Shown here piece by piece: positions 52,843 through 64,000 of a DNA stretch of 64,000 nucleotides. The DNA comes from Chiloscyllium plagiosum (lineage: Eukaryota). The stretch spans positions 81,955,549 to 82,019,548 of the forward strand of contig NC_057711.1 of NCBI RefSeq assembly GCF_004010195.1. Reading direction: 5' to 3'. The position numbers were made by a program, and so were the translations under genes. Each line of letters opens with the position of its first letter. Position 1 is the stretch's first letter. The notes below the pieces were generated by a model. It ran no database searches. It was not told the DNA's origin and saw only the letters and a program-made list of their open reading frames with translations.

Positions 52843-54659
52843 TCAATTGAATTGTAATTGTTGAACATTTCTAAAGAAATATGCATGTTATAACAATTGT
52901 TTTATCCGTTTTTCATAAATGAATTCCAGTGCACTGTAAAGCTAATATTTTGTTCATTCCACTGTAAACCGCATTGACATTCCAGAAATAAACCTCATAG
53001 CACTATATGCCTGTAAGTGTTCTACTAATTACTGCAATCATTTTCAGTATGCATTTGAAAACAACCTAACTTTTCCATAAAGTTTGCATGATCCATGGAG
53101 AAATGTTTTGCCACCAACAATACAAAATAATAAGCTGAACCAACATTCTTTCTGCTTGAAGATTTCTAAAATTGCAGTAGCAAGGACAGTTTCCATTAAA
53201 ACTGCATGCTCAATCAGACAATAGTCACCACTGGTCTGACCATAAATACCACAGCCTTACCATTATTCTCTGCCATCTGGTGCTTGTTTATCCATTAATG
53301 TCAAACTGTAAACAGTACCATCATCTAAACTTACCATGTGATTTATTTCCATCTGTTGGCCATTCCAAATGCTCCCTTAAAGGAGTCACTCGAAAAGCTC
53401 CCAGAGAAATACATAATTTATATTTTCATTGTTGAGATCGATGGGACTGAAAATCTAGTGACATATGTAATGCTCACAGTATATTATTGCACAAAATCAA
53501 AATTACATTGCCTTCTATACAGATCATCTGACCCCAGGTTGTAATCCTCTTTCAATGCATCCTCTGCAGCACTTCCTCACCTGTATTAGGTTAGTGTTTT
53601 TCTTTATTTGCAGGAAATCAATACTCACTTCTCCCCTCCACACCATGCAAAAGTGGCCAAATATATTGGCATGTAATTGAGAGAATTACTGCAAAAGTTT
53701 AAATTCAAGGGGCCAAATTTTCATTTGGATATTGAGGCATAATTTGGGGTGTTAATAGCCATTAATTTATTTTTCATGGAAATCTACTTTTCTTCTGAAT
53801 TCTTGAGGACCAACCTGCACTTCTGCTGACTGGGAACACCTCGAGCCAGGTTTTAGCTACCATGGTATGTTGTTCATAGACAAAAATTTCCCAATTCCCC
53901 AAATTTACCTCAGTATAAATTAAAACCAACTTCTGCTCCAAGGGATGGGGGGGGTGAGATTTCTGGGAACAGGTACAGCCAAGCTGGCTGACTCCAGATG
54001 TAGATGTTGGTGGCCACAAGGCTAAAGAATGTTGAGGCAGGTTGGTTAGAAAACCCACTCTAGCACTCTGGAACTTTGTCCCAGTTGTATTAGAAGATTC
54101 CATGTCCATTTACTTAATATGTTCGATTTGCATAACTAATAAACCATCTAATAACAATGGCAAGACAACATCCATTCGCAAATATCCGTTTTTTTTTTTA
54201 AATTGACAACTTTATACATTGTAGGAACAGCAAGCAGACAAATAACCAAAATATCAATATTAGAGGCTTGAAATGCTGGACACTTCCTTAAGATTGTCCA
54301 AACAAACACTATGAGATTTACAAAAGCGAACATAGTAAGGGGAACTTAGTATAACCAGTATCTTCCAACTCCATGACCACCACTATCTAGAAGAACAAGG
54401 ACAGCAGATACAATGGGAACACCATCACATCCAGTTTCCCGAACAAGCCATTTAACATCCGGACTGGAAATATATTGCTGCTCCCTCATCTCACTGGATC
54501 AAAATCTGGGACCTCCCTCACAAATGGCTTTGTGAGTCTACCTACAGCAAATGGACTGTAGTGGTTCAAGAAGGCACCTCATCACCAGAGGTGAAAGACT
54601 TATTTTCTTCCCCAAGGAATGCCGGAGATAAATAGCAGCAAATCAATGAAAGTAGACAG

Positions 54660-55535
54660 GCAGCTACACCAAGCAATTAGGAAGGCAAATAGAATATTGA
54701 CCCTCATACCAAGAGAATTTGAGTTCAGAAGGAGGGATGATTATTACAGTTTTACAGGACCTTGGTGAGACAACATCTAGGATATTGCCTACAGTTTTAG
54801 TCTCCCTACTTAAAAAGGACATACTTGCCAAAAAATGAGTGCAGTGGAAGTTTACAGGCCGATACCAGGAATCGTAGGACTCTCCTACAAGGAGAGATTG
54901 GCTCAACTCGGCCTATGCGAAAGTGAGGACTGTAGATACTGGAGATTAGAGTCAAAGGTGTGATGCTGGAAAAGCACAGCCAGTCAGGCAGCATCCGAGG
55001 AACAGCAGAATCAATGTTTTGGGTTTCTTGATCAAGGGTTTTTGCCCGAAACGTTGATTCCCCTGCTTCTCAGATGCTGCCTGACCAGCTGTGCTTTTCC
55101 AGCACCACACTCTCAACTAGGCCGATGTTCATTACAGTTTAGAGTTTAGAAGGATGAGAGGGGATCTGACAGAAACATAAAATTGTAACAGGGCTAGACA
55201 GATTAAATGCAGGGAGGATGTTTTCCTTGACTGAGGAGTCTAGAGTCCAGGGACACGGTTGCAGGATACAAGGTAGACTATTTAGGTCTCAGATGACAAA
55301 ACATTTCTTCACTCAAAGGGTAATGAATCTATGGAATTCTCTACTGTAAAAGGTTGTAGAGGCCAAGTCACTAAATACATTCTAGAAGTAGACATTTTTC
55401 TTTTAGATTTAAAGACATTAAGTGGTATAGCGAGAAAGCAGGAATGTGGCATTGAAATGGAGATTCGGCCATGGTCATATTGAGTTGTGGAGCAGGCTCA
55501 AAAGGTCGAATGGCCTATTCCTGCTTCTAATTTCT
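54660..55535 (+). mobile_element. CR1 3' fragment with a nested Penelope fold-back element (54918-55111)
   Basis: CR1 RMRGDLTET motif; nested inverted repeat with approximate TSD ctcaact(c/a)ggcc(t/g)atg at 54902-54917 and 55112-55127. Confidence 0.8.
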
Positions 55536-55573
55536 ATGTTATTGCATGTGTAGCTGAATGATTGCATCTTAGT

Positions 55574-55889
55574 GGGCGGCACGGTGGCACAGTGGTTAGC
55601 ACTGCTGCCTCACAGCGCCAGAGACCCGGGTTCAATTCCCGCCTCAGGCGACTGACTGTGTGGAGTTTGCACGTTCTCCCCGTGTCTGCGTGGTTTTCCT
55701 CCGGGTGCTCCGGTTTCCTCCCACAGTCCAAAGATGTGCAGGTCAGGTGAATTGGCCATGCTAAATTGCCCGTAGTGTTAGGTAAGGGGTACATGTAGGG
55801 GTATGGGTGGGTTGCGCTTCGGCGGGGCGGTGTGGACTTGTTGGGCCGAAGGGCCTGTTTCCACACTGTAATGTAATCTAATCTAATCT
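55574..55889 (+). mobile_element. tRNA-derived V-SINE (HE1-like), young and CpG-rich
   Basis: GGGCGGCACGGTGGCACAGTGG head, V-domain and (TAATC)n tail. Confidence 0.93.
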
Positions 55890-58190
55890 TAATTCCTACA
55901 CTGCACAAAAATGGTTAACAAGGATGATGAGATGATGAGAAAAAGTGACCAACTTCACAAGAACAATAGCCCACTGTACAAGGCAGAACCAAACATTGCT
56001 CATTAAGCAGGATTCTCAAGGTAAGGACTGCTAAAAGGCTACTTGACCATCATGGCTGTCAAGGCTACTAAATTAAGGACAGAAGGCAAGACAATGAAAC
56101 AGGTGTATCTTGCCTGTCAGAACCTCAGATGGATTACCTTATAGGGTCCTGTGAGGGAATCAAACTTTCTGGAATTTGCAAGAGAAAAACATATAAAAAT
56201 AAGTGCTTGGAAAAGATCATCAGCATAACCTAGGAACAATTATTGCAGAGGCAGGATCCTGAGTTCAGGGAAGAAGGACCGATACAGCTGATTGACTGAA
56301 GCTTGGCCAGCTAACCCTCAGTGTGGGTAGCACCCAAGTTCAGATGAAGATTCAGCCTAAGACATTGTACAAAGTATGCCTACCGACTGCCTCTCATTAT
56401 AATAATACACCCTCATATTTCTCCGTTGCAACTTTATGCCTGATGTCACTTCTGTTGGAATGACTGGAAGTGGCCTTTGCAGGCAGAATGACAGAAAAAT
56501 AGCTACAATCTGCTCTTTAATTTTCTTCTACCAATTCAAATAACCTCTTACAACTCCAATTACATCTCTACACTCTGCCTCCTCCCGCTCCAGTCCCTTC
56601 TGTCATATAACTTATCAAGCCAAATGAGTGGTGTTGTGCCATTCCATTCAACAGTGCATTCCACACTGTCAGCATTTTCTATGTATAGATGCATTTCTTC
56701 CATGGATCTATTACTGATTGTTATATCCCATACTACCCACACCACTATTCTGAACTCACCCACAAGTGAAAATATTTTCTGCAAAATAACAGAAATTAAA
56801 ATTTTAAATGTTCCAAACATAAATTAATTAATTGTGAGCTGACTGAATCACCTCCTGAATCCACAAACTTTAGTTATTTCTTGTGCCTCATGGTCAGTGT
56901 CTCAGTGCCTCAGTGAGCAGATTAAAAAAACTGTCAGCAACTTCATCACTCACCGCTCTCTCACTGTAAGTTCCCATCAGAAGGAAGTGAAAATGTTGCT
57001 CAGACTCTCTAAGGGCTCCACAAAAGTTTTAACCCAATGAAGGTGCGTTGCTGCCTCACACAGAAAAGCTGTTTAGTATCACTAACATTACACACATGTT
57101 CTTTCCGTGAGAAAGAACAGTGCCCTACTAACTGATATATTTAGCTTCCAGTAGACCAGCAATCCTACATTGGTTATCAGCATAATTCCTCTGCCCTCTC
57201 GATAATTATGATGTGGAGGTGCTGGTGTTGGACTGGGACAGAAAAAGTCTGGAGTCACATGACACCAGGTTATAGTCCAATAGGTTTATTTGAAATCACA
57301 AGCTTTCTTGTGACTTCAACCAATGAAAGAGCAGAGCTTCATAAACTTGTGATTTCAAATAAACCTGTTTGACTATGACCTTGTGTTGTGAGACCTCTGG
57401 TTCTACGTAATTAGGGATGGCCACTAAATGCTGGCATGGCTAGCAATGCCTGTATCATAAAAGAATAAAAATAACCACAAGATTATGGAGCAAATGTTGT
57501 ACTTTTAATGTCATTGGGCCTGTTTCAATGCCAACAAAATAGGTGTTGAGGTACCAGTGTAGAACTGGGGTGGACGAAGTTAAAAATCACAACACCAGGT
57601 TATAATCCAACAGGTTTATTTGAAAATCACAAGTTTATGAAGCTCTGCTCCTTCATCAGGTAGCTGTGGAGCAGGATCATAGGACACAGAATTTATAGCA
57701 AAATATCAGTGTCATACAACATCAATATCTTGCTGTTAAGTCTGGGTAAGATGAAAGACATAACAGAAATCTAGGTTTGTTCAATATATCGCATCAGTTG
57801 TATGACACTGATATTTTGCTTTAAATTCTGTGTCCTATGATCCTGCTCCACAGCTACCTGATGAAAGGAGCTACGTTCCAAAAGCTAGTACTTCCAAATA
57901 TAGAGGAACCTCGCTTATCCAAATACCAATTATCCGAAAGAGATCTCGAGATCCCGATAGAAACATTACATCAAAGACATGTTTCCAACTGTGATCACAT
58001 CTTTTGTTTACAGTGATTAAACAGGCACCGGCTCCAAATGACTGACCTCCCGCCCCCTCTCTCTCCCCACACTTTCCCTGGAGTTCTATAGAGAGGTGTA
58101 CCCAAAACCCCTCCACCCACTTCCCCAGGGAATCTCTCTAACATTGTCCTATACAGGGCAAACATGGAGCCTCTCGAAAAGTTGCAGTAA

Positions 58191-58616
<426 letters not shown>

Positions 58617-58761
58617 GCTCGCACGCTATTTGGAGACTTACCCCACAAAGGCAACTGCAGCAGCAGTCTTGTTGTTGGCGTCCAGTCTGGCTGCCCTGAA
58701 GAGGGGATGGGGGGCAGGGGTGGACAGGGTTTGGGGGCGGGGTGGGGGCAGGAACGGTGTT

Positions 58762-58953
58762 NNNNNNNNNNNNNNNNNNNNNNNNNNNNNNNNNNNNNNN
58801 NNNNNNNNNNNNNNNNNNNNNNNNNNNNNNNNNNNNNNNNNNNNNNNNNNNNNNNNNNNNNNNNNNNNNNNNNNNNNNNNNNNNNNNNNNNNNNNNNNNN
58901 NNNNNNNNNNNNNNNNNNNNNNNNNNNNNNNNNNNNNNNNNNNNNNNNNNNNN
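58762..58953. other. Assembly gap
   Basis: Run of N. Confidence 1.
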
Positions 58954-59858
58954 GGATGGGGGTAGTGTTGGGGGCCCGGCGCACATGCTGTGTGCTGCTG
59001 CAGTCTCCTGAATGGGGAGCAGACTTTAAAAACTCCGAGCCCCAGAGGAAAGGCATTTAGTCAATTAACCGAATAATCAATTATCCAAACGAAATAGTGC
59101 CCGCCCATCTCGTTCAGATAATCGAGGTTCCCCTGTAAACCTGTTGGACTATAACTTGGTGTTATATGGTTTTTAACAAAATAGGTGACAGGCGTTCTCT
59201 TGTTCATTCCTTAGGGGAATACCTTGATGAATCATAGTTAATCTGCATTGTGCAAGATTTAAACAAGCTTAGCTGTTAATTGTCAGACAATAGAAACTAG
59301 TGCATTCACCATTGGAATGCTTTTACACATTTAATTGTGGCTTTCAAAATGAAATAAAAAATGGAATTGGATAATTACCAGGAGGAAGATGGGGAAGTGG
59401 TGGGGGAATGAATTCAGGGATATGGAGGAAAAGCAGGGCATTGGAACTAGCTAAATTGCAGAGATTTAGTAAGAATTTAATCATCAAAGTGATTTCCTTC
59501 TGCTTTGTAACTATTGTATCATTTTAATTTACTGGAGTGTAATACTTATGCAATGGAAATTTTTGCATTGGCATTACTCTTATTTTTTGAATGATTTGGT
59601 TATTTGTACTTATGTCCTTGCGGCAGTAGTGGAAACAGCATACATCAATTCATCCATTATTTTCATATTCAACAATATTCGACAAATAAATAGGTGCATA
59701 AAATGCAAACTATTGTTGCAATTAAAAGACAAATAAAAAGGATAAATATCACTTTAGAATATTTGATCAATTTAATTAGATGGGTGACATTCGGTTTAAA
59801 AACCACTTTTACAAGATTGTAATGTACGTGAATTCTAATAATGTGTGTAACTGCATCA

Positions 59859-60017
<159 letters not shown>

Positions 60018-61729
60018 TCATTATTAAAAAGCCTGCACAACAGACCTGATTTTAACATTAACTCCACTTCCTGGCACAAAGGCTGCACTGAGAGGAGAAT
60101 CAAACTCAACTTTGGGGAGTAACTCAACCAACCAAAAACTTCCTATAAATATTCCATTGCCTGGATGAACCCAGCCAAGTCCTACTGTATTGTCCTGGAT
60201 AAGTCTTTAGATGTATGGTGGCCTGCTGTATGCTAGGCAATGAGGACATTTTGAAGGATCAAGCAAGCCAGCCACCACAGGAACAAGATGAAGAAAGAGT
60301 TGTTGAAGAGGGTAATGGGGAAGACCAAGTCTGGATTAAGATTCCACCCATGTGTTCAGAAGAGAGAGAGATTGTTTGATCTGTATCATCTCAACTATCA
60401 TTCCTACGGGTGGAAAGGCTATGGGTGGAATCTTACCTTTTTTTGGCAAAGTGCAGGCTGAGTCAGATTTGGTGGAGTGATTCTTGCTGCAAGGCTGAGT
60501 AGGTTTCCTCATTGTATTTTACCAAACTCACCACTTTAATTGCAGTTTGCATCTCATGGCGAGAATCGCACACTATTTCCACCCCATTTAACACTCACCA
60601 ATCCCCAGCAGAGATCCCAGGATTGACCAATATCCTTGGTGATGACGCCATGTTTAAATGGCCTTTGTGCACCTGGACAAGCATGGTTAGTTAAGAGCTG
60701 CCTTGCATGGTTCCTGATATTTATCCCAGACATGGCAACAGGAGGAAATTGATGGTGGATGGGACGGTGCACAGCAGGATGCTGTCTTCCCTCAGGAGTA
60801 GCAGTGGAGACCACACACCAGACAATGCCAACATTGTCTGAGAATGCCACCCATACAGAAGCAGTCTCAGTTATCTGGAGGAATGCCCAGTGATGTATGA
60901 AGAAAAGCAATATCCTTAGAATCATAAAGGTACACATACCTTGGTGGATGGAGAGCTGCAAGTGGTGTCAGAGACAGGGAGTGGAGATAATCATGAAGTG
61001 TCACAGCAAGCAATATATGGTCCATGATAAGGTTCAGTTTTCTCACATGCAGCAGGACCCTGATTTTAAGAGTAAATAGGGTTCCAATCCCACACATGCC
61101 AGCAGCAAGTTCAGTGGCACAATTCTCCAGCTAGAACGCAAGTCTTCTCATTGGCCTGGCAGCACTAGTTAGCCAATCAGATGGCCAGCAGCTTTGAAGT
61201 TTCAGTAGCCTCACCAGGTGGTGTGGGTGCTGTTGAGGCTGATTAAGAGCTGCAAAGTGCCTCAATAAGTCAGCACAGAACACTCTCAAAGCCAGTATCA
61301 TCATTGAAGTGAATGGAAAGCCTCTCAGTATGACCACAGTTGCAGCATTTAATCCATATTATCCATAATCCATCTTATCATTGGGGAATGGAGACTCTGA
61401 CTCCAATATCCCATTAGTTTGCCACAGAGAGGCCATCTCAATGATCTGCTGCTCTGTTGATGTGGGGAACATTCCACTGGTGGGAATGTTCCTCCAATAC
61501 ATAAAATTACCACAGAAATTGCCTGCCAGCCAGTCTAGAGTAGGCAGTAAAACTAGCTACTAGACCAACAATTTCAATGTTCCCTGGGTTCAGGAATAAA
61601 TCAAGAATCTATCCAATGCTCCTCCCGGCTATTTTCCCACCCCTACAAATCACTTTAAACCACTGCAACCAGGAAAATCCAATCCATTCAGCAGAATTTC
61701 ATATTTAAAAGCAGCTTACATCCATAAAC

Positions 61730-62100
61730 ATCCACTCTCTCAATAGCAGCAGTGTGTACTAACTATAAGATACAGTGCAGAAATTCAACAACAATCCTTT
61801 GACAGTACCTTCCAAACTCATTACCGCTATTATCTACAAGGAAAAGGACAGCAGATACACCATCACCCGCATAATCCTCTCCAACCTTTCATCAACCTGA
61901 CTTGGAAACATATCACCATTCCTTCAGTTTATTGGGTCAAAATCTTGGAATTCCCTCCCAAAAGGCATTGCGCATCTAGCTAAAGCACATGAACGGCAGC
62001 AGTTTAAGAAGGTAGCTCACCATCAACTTATCAAATGCAACTGGGGATAGGCAATAAATACTGGTTCAGTCAGTGATGTCAACATTCCTTGTGTGAATAA
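61730..62100 (+). mobile_element. L2-type LINE 3' end
   Basis: HSL...AAVCT.YK...GSKSWNSLP...LQQFKK.AHHQL, followed by an AATAAA tail. Confidence 0.7.
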
Positions 62101-63508
62101 AAGGAAAACAAGAAGGTGGTGTGGGCACAAGTGGCTCACCTGGTCCCATCCAATCATGTGGTCTCATAACATTTTAATGCTGCTGGCCAATTAATGTCCA
62201 ACCAATGGGACTCCAGGCAATTGCAGGCAGCGAAAGGGGTGACTGCACAGATTACAGTGCCCCACAAGGGGCTGTTTAATCCATTAAAGTCTGTTGTTTT
62301 AAGAGTAGAACAGTTTCTGGAGGTCAGCAATGAATATGAGTGCAAGGGAGAGCCTGAGGAGTGTGGAGCAGGCACTGGCAGTCAGCTGGAGCCACAGGAG
62401 CTACATGACAGCCCCAGTCATCAAGAAGAACTTAAAAGCACGGGTCACTAAGATCAATTTTGAAGCACTACATGACTTAAAGAAAGACGACCTAACACCC
62501 TGTCACCAGTGGCAGCGGCATTATCGTGGCTGGTCCCATTGTTTAATGATGACACCTGGTGTGCCCTTCTCCAGTCTGTAGGAAGCCTTGGATGGAGATA
62601 GCAGGGGAAGTCAGTAGTAATGGGTTCATTCATTCTGCCAAAACAAAATTAAACAAACTTTGATGTGCTGTTGCAAGAGTGAGTAAGAATCCTTTAGCTA
62701 AAAATGTGTTCACAACTATGAAATGTTGTGTATGTGCTATGAGTAAGCAGATCTCCACCAGGGGAGTGGATAAATGGTCTCAAGATGCCCATCATCTAGG
62801 TCAGGGAGTCTTGGCATCCACTAAATCTCTGAGGGCTGGGATGTGATTCTTGGGAAGGGTAACTGTGAAGGAAGCAGTATTATGCCATGCAGTACAAAAG
62901 CAACAGAAAATCCTGTGGAATTCATACATCATCAAACTGCTATTACAGGAGAAAGAACCCACAATGTCCGTTAAAGACCAATGACAAGTGGAGTCATCTC
63001 AAACTTGGCACTGGCCTCAAGGAGAACATCTTGGATCTGGCTAGACAGAGTGTCAGGTCAGTTGGAAGAGGCAACATGGAGTTAGTATTGAGGATTGTGG
63101 ATGTCCTGGTTACTCTCTCTTGGCAATGTGGTGGCAGTAATTGAATTAAACAGGGATGGGATGAGCTTTTGAGTTTCAATGGGAACAAATGTCTACTTCT
63201 GTGACAAGCTTTATATCTTACACATTTCTTTTGAAGATGCAATGATTTTTGTATAGTATTCATGCAATATTGAGTTGCATTCATGTGAGTTATTCCCTTA
63301 GCAATTCAGTTCACAGTCCCAACAGGTACTATTTCTAACATACAGGCATTGATCTCTCAAGAACAGATCAAGATCTCAGAGAATGCATCATTACATCCTT
63401 TCTACATATTTAGCACCAGCTCAGAGACTGGTACTTCAGTAAGTATACATGAATAATCAGACTGATAATACCAATTACCAACAATTGCCAGAGTTGTCAG
63501 AGACTGTG

Positions 63509-63713
63509 AGGAGAAAGTGAGGTCTGCAGATGCTGGAGATCAGAGATGGAAATGTGTTGCTGGAAAAGCGCAGCAGGTCAGGCAGCATCTAGGGAACAGG
63601 AGAATCGACGTTTCGGGCATTCCTGAAGAAGGGCTAATGCCCGAAACGTCGATTCTCCTGTTCCCTAGATGCTGCCTGACCTGCTGCGCTTTTCCAGCAA
63701 CACATTTCCATCA
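63509..63713. mobile_element. Young Penelope-derived hairpin element with hammerhead core
   Basis: Perfect 77-bp inverted arms at 63545-63621 and 63636-63712; exact 15-bp TSD TTGTCAGAGACTGTG at 63494-63508 and 63714-63728. Confidence 0.9.
63619..63654 (+). ncRNA. Minimal hammerhead ribozyme motif
   Basis: attc-CTGAAGA-a-GGGC-taat-GCCC-GAAA-CGTC-gatt. Confidence 0.6.
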
Positions 63714-64000
63714 TTGTCAGAGACTGTGGCAATCTAGACCTCTGATCTTCAGGGAATTGTCATAGACCAAGTAGTTGCAAAGCACCAGGCAGATGACAAG
63801 ACTCTGGAGTCATCCTTAAGGCTGCTGATATTTAATGGTCAGCGAGAGGTGCATGAAGATCTATCAGAGATTCCTGAGGATGTATATATACAGTAGGAAT
63901 GATAGTTGAGATGATACAGATCAAACAATCTCTCTCTCTTCTGAACATATGACCATCTCTATCGAGAGACTGGGATCAGTAATAAAAAGCAAGACCTAGT

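Larger units (their letters stand above)
62430..63900 (+). pseudogene. Decayed Harbinger Myb/SANT-like partner gene
   Basis: PWMEIAGEVSS...gtgagt at about 62585-62685, then cag|EKRTHNVR...ENILDLARQSVRSVG at about 62950-63080. Confidence 0.5.

Overview
Repeat-dense vertebrate genomic DNA. The repeat content (HE1-type V-SINEs, CR1/HER1-like LINEs, Penelope-like elements) indicates a cartilaginous fish, probably a shark. The whole window lies inside a minus-strand FERM-domain gene that matches FRMD3. Five GT-AG exons (59879-59976, 52700-52823, 39696-39783, 20622-20710, 9597-9660) splice in frame into [18 protein letters not shown]...[57 protein letters not shown]. The introns hold CR1 LINEs, SINEs, Penelope-like elements, Harbinger fossils (transposase and Myb/SANT partner), a TA-targeting MITE and two N gaps. 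Most notable: (i) many Penelope-derived fold-back elements carry minimal hammerhead ribozyme cores, and several have 13-16 bp target-site duplications (TSDs); (ii) a candidate in-frame 99-nt FRMD3 exon at 28556-28654; (iii) several locally templated inverted duplications, including an exact 166-bp inverted SINE copy and a 344-bp palindrome near an exon. All family assignments come from recognising sequence by eye; no searches were run.
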